From Longimicrobiales bacterium (GTDB taxonomy: Bacteria; Gemmatimonadota; Gemmatimonadetes; Longimicrobiales; RSA9): a DNA stretch of 64,000 nucleotides. The DNA is taken from the NCBI GenBank assembly GCA_035764935.1, contig DASTYK010000009.1, positions 8,298 through 72,297 on the forward strand. The letters run 5' to 3'. The position numbers were made by a program, and so were the translations under genes. Positions 50,414 to 60,532 of the stretch are shown in pieces (the stretch's first letter is position 1; every line of letters starts with the position of its first letter). The notes beneath the pieces were generated by a model, which saw nothing but the letters and a program-made list of their open reading frames with translations, had not been told where the DNA came from and did no database searches.

Positions 50414-50726
50414 TTTCACCGCTGAGGCGCGGAGGGCGCTGAGTTTTTCACACAGCGGCCACAGTGGGTCACAGCGGACACGGAGCGTTCATCGCACGTC
50501 GTGCAGATCCCCTGACATCGAAGCATTTTTTTCTTGTGTGCTTCGTGGCGTTCGTAAGATGAGAGCCTGTCGGTCACGCACCGACGCCGCGAAGCAAACT
50601 ACAGAAGGAATGCTTCCCGGATGCGTCGCATCGGAACACGACGAAGCTGACTCCGTGTCCGCTGTGACCTCCGTGTGAATGCTCTGCTTGAAAAACCTCA
50701 GCGCCCTCCGCGCCTCAGCGGTGAAA
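50414..50726. repeat. long palindromic MITE-like element, copy B
   Basis: Perfect 30-bp terminal inverted repeat TTTCACCGCTGAGGCGCGGAGGGCGCTGAG (50414-50443) / its reverse complement at 50697-50726. Shares inner motifs (TTTCACACAG, CACAGCGGACAC, CATCGAA-CATTT) with copy A. Confidence 0.85.
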
Positions 50727-50733
50727 AAAAGAA

Positions 50734-51444
50734 CTAGAGTGACCAGTCGATCGACTTCTGCCCGGACGCTTCCAGCTCGGCATTGATCCTGGAAAACGGC
50801 CGACTCCCGAAGAACCCCTTCTTCGCCGACAGCGGCGACGGATGCGGTGCAGCGATGATCGCGTGGCGGGCAGTGTCGATCAGCGCGGTCTTCTTCTGCG
50901 CATACGCACCCCATAGCACGAACACCACCTTCCGGCGCTTTCTCGAGAGGGCGCGGATCACCGCGTCGGTGAACTGCTCCCAGCCCCTGCCGGCGTGGCT
51001 GTTGGACTTGCCGGCCCGGACGGTCAGGACCGCGTTCAGCAGCAGCACCCCCTGTCCCGCCCACGGCACCAGGTAGCCGGTTTCCGGCACCGGCACGCCC
51101 AGGTCGGCATGCAGTTCCTTGAAGATGTTGCGCAGCGAGGCGGGTGGCTTGACGCCGGGCCGTACCGAAAAGGCGAGGCCGTGCGCGTGGCCGGGCGTCG
51201 GGTAGGGATCCTGGCCGAGGATCAGCACGCGCGCGAGACGCGGCGGCGTCAGCTCCAGTGCGAGGAATGTCTCCTCCACGGCGGGCAGAACCTCGTGCCT
51301 GCGGCGCTCGTTTTCGACGAATGTGGCGAGGTCGCGATAGTACGGCTGGCGGGTCTCGCCGGCGAGCAGCTTCTTCCAGCCGGTCGGAATCGGCGGCAGC
51401 AACGGATTCCCTCCCTGGGCGACTTGGGTCGGGTAGAGTGGCAC
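50734..51444 (-). CDS. ung: uracil-DNA glycosylase, family 1
   Basis: Motifs GQDPYPTPGHAHGLAFSV and HPSPLSA. GTG start at 51442-51444; there is no in-frame ATG in the N-terminal 100 codons. Confidence 0.92.
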   Translation of the reverse strand: MPLYPTQVAQGGNPLLPPIPTGWKKLLAGETRQPYYRDLATFVENERRRHEVLPAVEETFLALELTPPRLARVLILGQDPYPTPGHAHGLAFSVRPGVKPPASLRNIFKELHADLGVPVPETGYLVPWAGQGVLLLNAVLTVRAGKSNSHAGRGWEQFTDAVIRALSRKRRKVVFVLWGAYAQKKTALIDTARHAIIAAPHPSPLSAKKGFFGSRPFSRINAELEASGQKSIDWSL

Positions 51445-51556
51445 GGTGCTGGCGCTGCCGCTACCGTTCAGCGTCGCCGCCCCCGTTCCCCCTGCCGGGG
51501 TTGGAACCGGTGTTGGCGAAAACGTTTACCACGACTCGGCGGAGCGCTGGATTCTG

Positions 51557-53794
51557 ATGCGAACGCCCCGCACGAAACCTCCCACGCGGTTGAAGATGAC
51601 CGAACTCCGACCCGACCTGCCCGCGCCGCTGACCCCGCTGCGCGGCCTTGCCCGGAACCTGCGCTGGGCGTGGCACGCCCCCACGCGCGCATTGTTCGAG
51701 AGACTGGACCCTTCGCTCTGGGAGGCCACGCGGCACAACCCGGTGCGGCTGCTCTGGGAGGCGGCGCCGGCGCGGCTGGCGGCACTGGCGGCCGACGAGA
51801 CGTACCTGCAGTCGATCAACGCGGCCGCGGCCGACCTGGAAGCGTACCTGCGCGACGAGAACACGTGGTTCCGTCGCGCGCATCCGCAGTCGGCGGCGCG
51901 GATCGCCTATTTCTCGGCGGAGTTCGGCGTGGCCGAGTGCCTGCGCATCTACTCCGGCGGGCTGGGCGTGCTGGCGGGTGATCACCTCAAGTCGGCGAGT
52001 GACCTGGGGGTGCCGCTGGTCGGCGTGGGGCTGATGTACCGCGAGGGATATTTCACCCAGCGCGTGGATGCGGTGGGTGTGCAGCACGACATGTACGACC
52101 GGGCGGACTTCGAGCGGCTGCCGATCACGCTGGAGAGCGGACCGGACGGGCAGCCGATCATCGTGGACCTGCCGTTCCTGGACCACCGGATCCAGGCGCG
52201 CATCTGGCGCGCGGACGTGGGGCGTGTCCCGCTGTACCTGCTGGACACCGACCTGGACGCGAACCGTGCGGAGGACCGCGGGGTCACCGACCGGCTGTAC
52301 GGCGGCGACACGGAGCACCGGCTGCGGCAGGAGTACGTGCTGGGGATCGGGGGGATGCGCGCGCTCCGCCTGGTCGGCCGGGAAGCGGACGTGGTGCACC
52401 TGAACGAAGGGCACGCGGCGTTCGCGGCGATGGAGCACGTGCGCGAGATCGTGGAGCAGGAGCAGTCGAGCTTTGCGGAGGCGGTCGAGCGCGCGAAGCG
52501 GAACGTGGTGTTCACCACGCACACGCCGGTTCCTGCCGGCCATGATTATTTCCCGCGTGACCTGCTGGAGCGCTACCTCGGCGGCTACGTCTGGGAGATG
52601 AAGCAGCCATGGGACGAGTTCCTCTCGCTCGGCCTGTTCGAGGGGGAGTCGCGGTTCTGCATGACGGCGCTGGCGCTGCGCCTCTCTTCGCGGCGCAACG
52701 GCGTGAGCCGCCTGCACGGTGCGGTCAGTCGCGAGATGTGGAACGTGATCTGGCCGGAAGCACCTCTCGAGAACGTCCCGATCACGCACATCACCAACGG
52801 CGTGCACCTGCCGACGTGGGTCGCGCCGGACGTCGAGGCGCTGTATTCACGCTACGTGGGTGAGCACTGGAGCGATGCCACGGACGAGATGCAGTGGCAT
52901 CGTGCCAACCACATCCCGCCCGCGGACCTGTGGGCGGCGCGCACGCGGCAGCGTGGTCGACTGGTGAACGACGTGCGGCTCGCGCTGGCGGCGCAGGTGG
53001 CGCGCCGCGGTGGGGACCCGGCGTGGACGGCGGGCGCCCTGGATCCCGACGCGCTGACGATCGTGTTCGCGCGTCGCTTTGCGACGTACAAGCGCGCGGT
53101 GCTGCTGCTCAGCCAGGAGGAGCGGCTGCAGCGGCTGCTGACGGGCAACCGCAAAGTACAGTTCGTGTTTGCGGGCAAGGCCCATCCGCGTGACGAGCCG
53201 GGCAAGGCGATGCTGCAGCGCATCCACCAGTTCGCGGGCCGACCCGAGCTGCGCGGCCAGTTCGTGTTCCTCGAGGGCTACGATCTCGCGATTGCGCGCA
53301 CGCTGGTGCAGGGCGCCGACGTGTGGCTGAACGTGCCCGTGCGGCCCTACGAGGCGAGCGGCACGAGCGGCATGAAGGCGATGGCCAATGGTGCGCTGAA
53401 CCTGAGCATTCCGGACGGCTGGTGGGCGGAAGCGTGGGCGGAGCACAACCGGCTGAACGAGCCGGTGGGCTGGAGCATCGCGCCGGCGGATGGCCCCAGC
53501 GAGGCGGAGCTGCCGGAGCACGGCCCCGGCATGACCCCGCACGATCGCGAGATGCTCGACCGTCGTGACGCCGACGCGCTCTTCGATCTGCTGGAGAACG
53601 AGGTCGTTCCGCTGTTCTACGATCGCGACGCGGACGGCCTGCCGGCGGCCTGGCTGGAGCGGGTGCGCTCGGCGATCCGGCAGCTGGTGCCGTTCTTCAA
53701 CACGCACCGCATGGTCGCGGAGTACGTCGACACGGCGTACCTCACGGCGCCCAGCGGCGAGATGGCGGTGCCGGGGCGGAAAACGGCGGGTTGA
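51557..53794 (+). CDS. alpha-glucan family phosphorylase (GT35, GlgP-like)
   Basis: PLP-lysine motif EASGTSGMKAMANGALNLS. N-terminal LARNLRWAWH motif. Start at ATG 51557 or 51596. GTG 51446 is rejected because it abuts the ung start. Confidence 0.9.
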   Translation: MRTPRTKPPTRLKMTELRPDLPAPLTPLRGLARNLRWAWHAPTRALFERLDPSLWEATRHNPVRLLWEAAPARLAALAADETYLQSINAAAADLEAYLRDENTWFRRAHPQSAARIAYFSAEFGVAECLRIYSGGLGVLAGDHLKSASDLGVPLVGVGLMYREGYFTQRVDAVGVQHDMYDRADFERLPITLESGPDGQPIIVDLPFLDHRIQARIWRADVGRVPLYLLDTDLDANRAEDRGVTDRLYGGDTEHRLRQEYVLGIGGMRALRLVGREADVVHLNEGHAAFAAMEHVREIVEQEQSSFAEAVERAKRNVVFTTHTPVPAGHDYFPRDLLERYLGGYVWEMKQPWDEFLSLGLFEGESRFCMTALALRLSSRRNGVSRLHGAVSREMWNVIWPEAPLENVPITHITNGVHLPTWVAPDVEALYSRYVGEHWSDATDEMQWHRANHIPPADLWAARTRQRGRLVNDVRLALAAQVARRGGDPAWTAGALDPDALTIVFARRFATYKRAVLLLSQEERLQRLLTGNRKVQFVFAGKAHPRDEPGKAMLQRIHQFAGRPELRGQFVFLEGYDLAIARTLVQGADVWLNVPVRPYEASGTSGMKAMANGALNLSIPDGWWAEAWAEHNRLNEPVGWSIAPADGPSEAELPEHGPGMTPHDREMLDRRDADALFDLLENEVVPLFYDRDADGLPAAWLERVRSAIRQLVPFFNTHRMVAEYVDTAYLTAPSGEMAVPGRKTAG

Positions 53795-53834
53795 GGGCGG
53801 AGCAGTGCATGTACCGGCAAGAGGAGGTGCTGCA

Positions 53835-54824
53835 ATGAGCAAGCGGTACATCGGTCCGATCGTCGCCTGCAGCGTGTTGCTCGCTGCGGGCTGTGCGGAC
53901 ACCGAGCCTGAACAGGCGACGCCGCAGGGCGAGCTCCGTGCGCCTGCTGCGGCCGAGGCGCTCGTCGCGCGCACGGACATGTTCGTCGACCGTGCGCCGG
54001 CGAGTGCGCAGATGATCTTTGTCGGGCGCGACGAGTCCGTCGTGCCCGCGGGTCAGGACGAGGCCGTCTTCGTTCCCTTCTCCACGTTCAGCGTGGAGCG
54101 CAACGGCCTTCCCAACGAGTTCCCCCCTGCCGACACGCTGGCCGACCTGCTCGCACGGGCGGGCGTGCGCAACGGCAGCATCGTGATCGTCGGCGAGCCG
54201 ATTCCCGCCGGCCGCGCGTTCGCGGCGTTCGATTATCTCGGGATGGCCGACGAGGTCGCGCTCTACGACGGCGGCATTGCCGCGCTGCGCCGGGCGGGCA
54301 GCGACACAGCCGCCGCAGGCGCGGATACGGCCACGGCTGCAGACGACAGCATCGCCGGTGACACGGCCGCGGCGCCGCGCTCGGCGGCGGGCGCGTCGCT
54401 GGAGACGGACGTGCGCGAGGACATGATCGTGGACGCGGAGTGGGTGAATGCCCGGCTGAACGACCCGGACGTCGCCATCCTGGATGCACGTCCGCCGGCC
54501 GAGTACAGCGGCGAGACGCCGGGCGAGGGCGTGACCCGCCCCGGGCACATCCCGGGCGCCCGCAACGTCTTCTGGCAGACGCTCGTGGAGTCCGCGGAGC
54601 TGCCCACACTGAAGAGCGAGGCGGAGCTGCGCCGCATCTTCCGCGATGCCGGCGTCGACGACGGTGACACGGTCGTCGCCTACTGCCGCACGGGCGGCCA
54701 GGCGAGCTTCCTCTACACCGTGGCGCGCTACCTCGGCTATGACGTCAAGCTGTACGACGGCTCGTTCGTAGACTGGAGCGCTACGGACTACCCGGTCGAA
54801 GAGGGCGCCGGCGCCCCGCAGTAG
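53835..54824 (+). CDS. lipoprotein thiosulfate/3-mercaptopyruvate sulfurtransferase (tandem rhodanese)
   Basis: ATG 53835 after GAGGAGG. Lipobox LLAAGC. Active-site loop YCRTGGQAS in the C-terminal rhodanese domain. Confidence 0.85.
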   Translation: MSKRYIGPIVACSVLLAAGCADTEPEQATPQGELRAPAAAEALVARTDMFVDRAPASAQMIFVGRDESVVPAGQDEAVFVPFSTFSVERNGLPNEFPPADTLADLLARAGVRNGSIVIVGEPIPAGRAFAAFDYLGMADEVALYDGGIAALRRAGSDTAAAGADTATAADDSIAGDTAAAPRSAAGASLETDVREDMIVDAEWVNARLNDPDVAILDARPPAEYSGETPGEGVTRPGHIPGARNVFWQTLVESAELPTLKSEAELRRIFRDAGVDDGDTVVAYCRTGGQASFLYTVARYLGYDVKLYDGSFVDWSATDYPVEEGAGAPQ

Positions 54825-54854
54825 CACCGACCGGCACGGACAGCGGCGTAACAG

Positions 54855-54897
54855 AAAGGGCGCGGGACGTGGGATCGTCTCGCGCCCTTGCCTTTCA
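54855..54897. terminator. bidirectional terminator hairpin between convergent genes
   Basis: AAGGGCGCG (54856-54864) / CGCGCCCTT (54881-54889) with an inner GACG/CGTC extension, followed by GCCTTTCAT. Confidence 0.6.
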
Positions 54898-54911
54898 TCC
54901 GCCCCGCACGC

Positions 54912-57386
54912 TCAGTACGAGCACATCAGCAGGTCCATGTAGCCTCCGCCGATCGGCTGGCCGGGCGGTGCGTCAGGGGCGCTCGGCAGCCGGTCCTCGG
55001 TCCAGTCGCGCTCCAGGAACTCGCTGATGGTGCCGGCCAGGAGTCGCGCGTGCGCGGTGGCAGGGACGTCGCCATTGCGCTGCTCGAATCCCTGCTGCAG
55101 TGCGGCGAGCTCCCATGCCGCGATCGCCCTGACCTGTGGCATGGACGCGTTCGCCGCGAGCCGCATCAGGTTGTCGATCCAGGCGTGCTCGACGGTGCGT
55201 GCGAGCTCGGCCCGGTACGGATCCGACGTGCGCCGCCCCACCACCTGCTCGCGCACGCGCTCCAGCACGTCCTCGAGCCCCGGCAGTGACGGGTCCAGCG
55301 CACTCTGCTGCACGAGACGCGCGGCGCGCTCGGGATCGAGCAGCAGGCTGAACGTCATGTCCGCTGCTGCCGCGGCCGGCGACACGGCATCGAACACCAG
55401 GCCGGTGCTGCGCTCGAACAGCTCGTTGGTGCCACCGAAGCGGTACGGCCGGGGCGGGATCTGCGCGATCACGGAGCGCGGCAGCGCGAGCACCTCCGGG
55501 CTGACCGTCTCGAGCACGGCGTCCAGTGCCCGCCTCTGCACCTCGGGCGCGACGCTCTCGGGCAGCGGCTGCCCGTCGCCGCGCAGGTTGTAGGCGTACG
55601 TGACGCCTGCGATGCTCTTGACCGCGGCCTCGGTCTGGTAACGGTGGTGCAGGTAGAGCGGCACCAGGGCTTCCTCGATCGTCGCCAGTGGCGCACCGCG
55701 CCGGATCGCGCGCTCGCCGAACCGTTCCAGCGCGGCTTCGCGCACCTCGAGCATGCGCCGCAGCTCGGCAACCGCGTCAGCGCCGTTGTCCCACAGGTGC
55801 GTCTGCGGGTGCGCGCTTCCGACCGGTCGTGCGTCCTGGTCGCTCAGGAAGGTGATCCCCGCGCGACGCCCCTCCTCGATGATCGCGGCGAGCGCAGCAT
55901 CTTCGTTCGTGCCCGGTGCGAAGTCGCTGTACCCGTATTTCACCGCAACGATGTCCCACGCACCTATGCCGTCCGGGTACGCGCCGGACAGGTCGATGCT
56001 GCCGTCCGGGCGCAGCTCGGCGATCGGGTGCGGGTAGTCCATCACCGACTGCACCCCGTTCGCGGTCTGTGCACTGGCGATGTAGTTGTGCGCGATGCCG
56101 AGCGTGTGGCCGATCTCGTGGGCGGATAGCTGCCGCAGTCGCGCGAGTGCCATCTCCGCGAGCTGCGGTGGCACTTCGTCACCCGTCTCGTACGGCGAGA
56201 GCAGCCCTTCCGCCAGGAGGTAGTCCTGGCGCACACGCAGCGAGCCGAGCGTGACGTGGCCCTTCAGGATCTCGCCCGTCCGGGGATCCGTGATCGAGCT
56301 GCCGTAGCTCCAGCCGCGCGTCGAGCGGTGCACCCACTGGATCACGTTGTAGCGCACGTCCATTGGATCCGCCGTGTCCGGCAGCATCTCGACGCGGAAC
56401 GCATTGCGGAAGCCGGCCGCCTCGAACGCGTCGTTCCACCAGTTGCCGCCCTCGAGCAGCGCGCTCCGCACCGGCTCCGGCGTGCCCGGATCGAGGTAGT
56501 AGACGATCGCCTCGACCGGCTCGCTCACTGCGGCGGTCGGATCGCGCTTCTCCAGGCGGTGGCGCGCGATGTACTGCTTCACCATGCGCTCGCCGAGCGG
56601 CGTCGCGTAGTCCATGTAGGTGACGCCGAAATAGCCGGCGCGCGGATCCGCCTCGCGCGGCTCGTAGCCGGTCGGCAGCTCCACGAACGAGTGGTGCATG
56701 CGCACGGTCAGCGCATCCGGTGTCGGCGTGACGGAGCGCACCAGCCCGCCCGGATTCTCACCGGTGAACGTGATCGTCGCCTCGACCTCGGTGTTCTGCG
56801 GGAAGTTCTTCGTGCGCGGCAGGTGGAACGCCGAGCGAGACGGCTCGACCCGGAAATTGCCCTGGTTCATGCGACGCAGCGTGTTCGCCAGGCCATGGCT
56901 GTCACGCAGGAAGAAGTCGGTCGCGTCGACCAGCACGGTATTGCCCGTGCGCGCCGCAGCCGTCCACCCCCAGATCGTCGATGTCGCGAAGGCGTCCTCG
57001 ACGGCGCGCCGCTCCATCGCGTTGTCCGTCGTCGCGCGGAAATCGAGGTTCGGCTGCACCATCAGCACCTTCGGCCCCACCCGCCGGAACCGCACGACGT
57101 ACGTGCCGCCGAGATCGCCGCGGTTCAGCCCGATGTCGTTGTGCCCGACGCCCGCCGGCAGCGACGTGTAGTACAGCACGTCCTCGTCGAAGCGGCCGAT
57201 CTCCAGGTACATCCGACCCGATTGCTCGTCCCAGTAGAGCGGCATGAAACCGTCCAGCTTCTGCATGCCGGCCGTCTTCGAGGCGATCGTGGGGAGCGCG
57301 CCGCCGTCCTGCTGCTGCGCGGCAACGCCTACCGGGAACAGCGCTACCGCCAGCGCGGCGACGCGCGCGACGCGACGCAACAGCAT
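54912..57386 (-). CDS. secreted zinc-dependent metalloprotease (DUF5117/DUF5118-type)
   Basis: ATG 57384-57386 after CAGGAGG. Signal peptide AALAVALFPVGVAAQ. Zinc motif HEIGHTLGIAHN. Confidence 0.85.
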   Translation of the reverse strand: MLLRRVARVAALAVALFPVGVAAQQQDGGALPTIASKTAGMQKLDGFMPLYWDEQSGRMYLEIGRFDEDVLYYTSLPAGVGHNDIGLNRGDLGGTYVVRFRRVGPKVLMVQPNLDFRATTDNAMERRAVEDAFATSTIWGWTAAARTGNTVLVDATDFFLRDSHGLANTLRRMNQGNFRVEPSRSAFHLPRTKNFPQNTEVEATITFTGENPGGLVRSVTPTPDALTVRMHHSFVELPTGYEPREADPRAGYFGVTYMDYATPLGERMVKQYIARHRLEKRDPTAAVSEPVEAIVYYLDPGTPEPVRSALLEGGNWWNDAFEAAGFRNAFRVEMLPDTADPMDVRYNVIQWVHRSTRGWSYGSSITDPRTGEILKGHVTLGSLRVRQDYLLAEGLLSPYETGDEVPPQLAEMALARLRQLSAHEIGHTLGIAHNYIASAQTANGVQSVMDYPHPIAELRPDGSIDLSGAYPDGIGAWDIVAVKYGYSDFAPGTNEDAALAAIIEEGRRAGITFLSDQDARPVGSAHPQTHLWDNGADAVAELRRMLEVREAALERFGERAIRRGAPLATIEEALVPLYLHHRYQTEAAVKSIAGVTYAYNLRGDGQPLPESVAPEVQRRALDAVLETVSPEVLALPRSVIAQIPPRPYRFGGTNELFERSTGLVFDAVSPAAAAADMTFSLLLDPERAARLVQQSALDPSLPGLEDVLERVREQVVGRRTSDPYRAELARTVEHAWIDNLMRLAANASMPQVRAIAAWELAALQQGFEQRNGDVPATAHARLLAGTISEFLERDWTEDRLPSAPDAPPGQPIGGGYMDLLMCSY

Positions 57387-57436
57387 CGTGCCTCCTGTGT
57401 CGAATCAAGAGCGTGCGCCGCAGGCGCAGAACGAAT

Positions 57437-57470
57437 GAGGGGACCGGCGTATGAATACGCCGATCCCCTC
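57437..57470 (-). terminator. hairpin downstream of the BON gene
   Basis: 15-bp arms GAGGGGACCGGCGTA / TACGCCGATCCCCTC with 1 mismatch and loop TGAA. The minus-strand RNA continues AUUCGUUCUG. Confidence 0.45.
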
Positions 57471-57562
57471 CTGATCGCCAGTGCGCGCGCAGTCGATGCG
57501 GCGGCACCGGTCGGATGAATGGAACGCGGGGCCGCGAGCATGCCCGCGCCCCGCTTCCCGCC

Positions 57563-57976
57563 TCAGACGTGACGCAGCGCGCTGCGCCGCTGGTGCGGCA
57601 CGATCTGGATCTGCGCGTCGATGCCGTGCACGCCCCTCACCGACTTCACGATTTCGATCGCCCGGTCGTGCTCGGCCTCGTCGCGCACCGCGCCCGTCAG
57701 ACGGACCGAGCCGTCCGCCAGCTCGATCACGTCGATGCGACGCCGGCCCACGCGGTCGTCGCTCCAGAGGGCGTCGAGGACCCGGTCCTCGATCGTCGTG
57801 CGCTGGCGTCCCTGCCACACCTCGCCCAGTAGCCGGCGACCGCTGCGGGAGAGCAGCATGCCACTCGCGACTGCACCAAGCGCGATCGCGCTCGCAATGC
57901 CGAGACGCGTCAGTGCCTGGCCGAAGCCGCCGGTTGATTCCTGCACCATCGGGAGTGCCTCCGTAGCTGCCAGCAT
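57563..57976 (-). CDS. BON-domain protein with an N-terminal TM segment
   Basis: C-terminal BON pattern IDVIELADGSVRLTGAVRDEAEHDRAIEIVKSVRGVHGIDAQI. Start at ATG 57974-57976, 6 nt after GAGG; ATG 57949 is an alternative. Confidence 0.75.
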   Translation of the reverse strand: MLAATEALPMVQESTGGFGQALTRLGIASAIALGAVASGMLLSRSGRRLLGEVWQGRQRTTIEDRVLDALWSDDRVGRRRIDVIELADGSVRLTGAVRDEAEHDRAIEIVKSVRGVHGIDAQIQIVPHQRRSALRHV

Positions 57977-58153
57977 CGGTACCTCGCGGAGTTGTGGGTG
58001 GGCGAAAGCACCGACGGGCTTTGCAAATCGCGTAGCAGTAAAAAACCCCAGCAACCACGCGAAATCTTGTCATCGGGAACGTGTTCCGAAAGATACTTTT
58101 TTCGTTGGGCGTGACCTCGATTCAGGCCTTCACCCGGGGATACCGGGAGCAAG

Positions 58154-59491
58154 TCACGAGCCGGCCGCGTCCGGGGCCTGGTCATGCACGAGCGGGAGGG
58201 TGAAACGGAAGGTTGCGCCCTGGCCGGGCTCGCTTTCGGCCCAGATCCGCCCGCCGTGCGCCGCGACGATCCCCCTGGCGATTGCGAGGCCCAGGCCGGC
58301 TCCGCCGCCGGCACCGCTGTTCCCCTGCCAGTAGCGGTCGAAAACACGATCGAGGTTCTCCGGCGGGATGCCCGGGCCCTGGTCGTGGACGGAGAAGCGG
58401 CACATGTCGCCGTCGCGGTCGACGCGCAGGTGGATCGAGCCACCGCGGGGGGTGAACTTGACGGCGTTGCCGACCAGGTTCGACAGCACGCGCTGCACGC
58501 GCTCCGCGTCTGCCATCACGCGCGCGTCCGGGTCGTCCACGTCCTCGCTCAGGCTGATGCCGTCCGCATCGGCGATGGGCGCGAGCATCTCGTGCGCGTC
58601 GTCCACCAGTGAGCGGACCGTGACCGGGTGCGGCTCGACGGTGAAGTGCCCGGCCTCGATGCGGGATGCGTCCAGCAGGTCCTGGATCAGGCGGTTCATC
58701 CGCTCGGCCGTCCGCTTGATGATCTGCACCTGCCGCTGGCGCTGCGTATCGTCGAGCGGAAGATCGAGGAGCAGTGCCGCGCTCGTGTAGATCGTGCCGA
58801 TCGGATTGCGCAGGTCGTGGGAAACGGTGGCGAGCAGGTCGTCGCGCGCGCGGGTCGCCGCCTCCGCCTCCCGCGCGAGCCGTTCCATCGTCTCTGCCGT
58901 CCGCTCCGCCTCCTCGCGCGCCCGCTGCTCGCGCTCGAGCTCCCGGGCGGATGCCGCGCTCAGCGCCTCCTGGCTTGCTCGCAGCGCGCGGTTCGTGTGC
59001 GACAGGTCCTCGAAGCTGCCGAGCAGCATCTCGAGCATCTGCTCCGGCGCGGCGCGCAGCACGAACTCCTCGTTCATGAAGCGGATGCGCAGCCCTTCGC
59101 TGCGCTGGCCTTCCCGGCGCAGCGCCCGGTTCTCCAGCACCCAGCGCACGCGCTGGATGAGGTGCTCGGGGCTGTACGGCTTGGTGATGTAGTTGTCGGC
59201 GCCCGCCTCCAGGCCGCGCACGATGTCGCGTGGATCGGCGAGGGATGTCAGCAGCACGACCGCCGGGGCGGCCTCCCCCAGCCTCTGCTTGATCGCGCGA
59301 CACAGGTCGAAGCCGCTCATACCCGGCATGACCACGTCGGACAGCACGATCTCGGGGCGATCGCCGCACGCGATGTCGAACGCCTCCTCGCCGCTGCCGG
59401 CCGTGAGCACCTCCAGGCCGGCATCGACCAGTACGCTGCGCAGCGCTTCGAGCTGTGTCGGGCTGTCGTCAACGATCAGCACCGCGCTCAT
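58154..59491 (-). CDS. hybrid response-regulator / histidine kinase (REC - coiled coil - HisKA - HATPase_c)
   Basis: REC: LIVDDSPTQ...VLSDVVMPGMSG...ITKP. HisKA: VSHDLRNPI. HATPase: NLVGNAVKFT, DQGPGIPPE, GAGLGLAIARG. ATG overlaps the cheB stop (ATGA). Confidence 0.88.
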   Translation of the reverse strand: MSAVLIVDDSPTQLEALRSVLVDAGLEVLTAGSGEEAFDIACGDRPEIVLSDVVMPGMSGFDLCRAIKQRLGEAAPAVVLLTSLADPRDIVRGLEAGADNYITKPYSPEHLIQRVRWVLENRALRREGQRSEGLRIRFMNEEFVLRAAPEQMLEMLLGSFEDLSHTNRALRASQEALSAASARELEREQRAREEAERTAETMERLAREAEAATRARDDLLATVSHDLRNPIGTIYTSAALLLDLPLDDTQRQRQVQIIKRTAERMNRLIQDLLDASRIEAGHFTVEPHPVTVRSLVDDAHEMLAPIADADGISLSEDVDDPDARVMADAERVQRVLSNLVGNAVKFTPRGGSIHLRVDRDGDMCRFSVHDQGPGIPPENLDRVFDRYWQGNSGAGGGAGLGLAIARGIVAAHGGRIWAESEPGQGATFRFTLPLVHDQAPDAAGS

Positions 59492-60531
59492 CGCCCCCTC
59501 CCCTCACGCACGAGCTCCACGAGCCGCGGCGCGATCCGGTCCAGCGGCAACATCTCGTCGATGGCACCGGCCCGCGCAGCTTCCTGCGCCATGCCGTACA
59601 CGATCGACGACTGCTCGTCCTGCCCGATGACGTAGCCGCCCGCGCGCTTGAGCTCGAGCAGCCCCTGCACACCGTCGCTGCCCATGCCGGTGAGCACCAC
59701 GCCGAGCCCGTCCGCGCCGAAGGCGCGTGCGACGGAAGCGAACAGGTACGTCGCCGAAGGCCGGAACCCGCCGATCGGGCCTTCCCCCGAAAAGCAGATC
59801 GTGCCGTCGGCCGTCACGCCCGTGTGCGTGTTGTCGGGCGCAATGTACACGACGCCCGGCTCCATGGGCTCGTCACGCCCGGCGAGCTTCACCGGCAACG
59901 GCAGGCCATCGCCCAGCCAGCGCGCGAAGCCGGCCGTGAAGTCGCGCGCAATGTGCTGCACGACCACGATCGGCACGCCCACGCGCGATGGCAGCCCCAC
60001 GAGCACCGTGCGAAGCGCTGCCGGCCCGCCGGTCGACGCGGCGAAGGCGATCACCTGCACCCGTCCGCTCGCCCGGGCGCGGCCGGCGCGCGGACGTGAC
60101 CGGCGTTCGTCCACCCACCGCCGGACGACCTTCACCTGCGAGAGCGCGCGCACCATTGCGACCAGCTCCGCGCGCTGCTCCTCGAAGCGCGGCGACGTGG
60201 GGCTGTCCGGCTTCGGCAGCGCCAGCAGTGCACCCGCCTGCGTGGCGCTCAGCGAAAGATCGACGTCCCGCTGCGTCGCCGCCGAAACGATCAGGATCGG
60301 CGTGGGCGCGCGGGCCATGATCTCCTTGGTCGCGTCGATGCCGTCCATCACCGGCATGTGCACGTCCATCAGCACGATGTCGGGCTGGATCTGGCGCGTC
60401 ATCTCGACCGCCTCGACACCGTTCTTCGCCTCACCGACGATCCGGATGTCGCCCTCGCTCTCCAGGATCGAGCGCATCATCGTGCGCGCGGTCATGGAGT
60501 CATCAGCCAGCAGGACGCGTACGGTCTGCAT
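59488..60531 (-). CDS. cheB: chemotaxis protein-glutamate methylesterase (REC + CheB catalytic domain)
   Basis: REC: LLADDSMT...VLMDVHMPVMDG. Esterase motifs AASTGGP, VVQHI and LTGMGSDG. Confidence 0.92.
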   Translation of the reverse strand: MQTVRVLLADDSMTARTMMRSILESEGDIRIVGEAKNGVEAVEMTRQIQPDIVLMDVHMPVMDGIDATKEIMARAPTPILIVSAATQRDVDLSLSATQAGALLALPKPDSPTSPRFEEQRAELVAMVRALSQVKVVRRWVDERRSRPRAGRARASGRVQVIAFAASTGGPAALRTVLVGLPSRVGVPIVVVQHIARDFTAGFARWLGDGLPLPVKLAGRDEPMEPGVVYIAPDNTHTGVTADGTICFSGEGPIGGFRPSATYLFASVARAFGADGLGVVLTGMGSDGVQGLLELKRAGGYVIGQDEQSSIVYGMAQEAARAGAIDEMLPLDRIAPRLVELVREGRGR

Positions 60532-60532
60532 C

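Noticed and set aside
51446-51556. GTG 51446 as the start of the glucan phosphorylase.
   Set aside because: It would leave a 1-bp divergent intergenic space with the ung start at 51444. The extra 37-50 residues (LALPLPFSVAAPVPPAG...) have no counterpart in the family N-terminus, which begins near LARNLRWAWH.
58055-58153. Local AT-rich patch (ACGAAAAAAGTATCTTTCG, GGGGTTTTTTACTG on the minus strand) as a possible small RNA or mobile-element scar.
   Set aside because: It is only about 100 bp, has no repeats or terminator, and is most simply the promoter/UP-element region of the BON gene. I could not define convincing -35/-10 boxes, so it is not listed as a feature.
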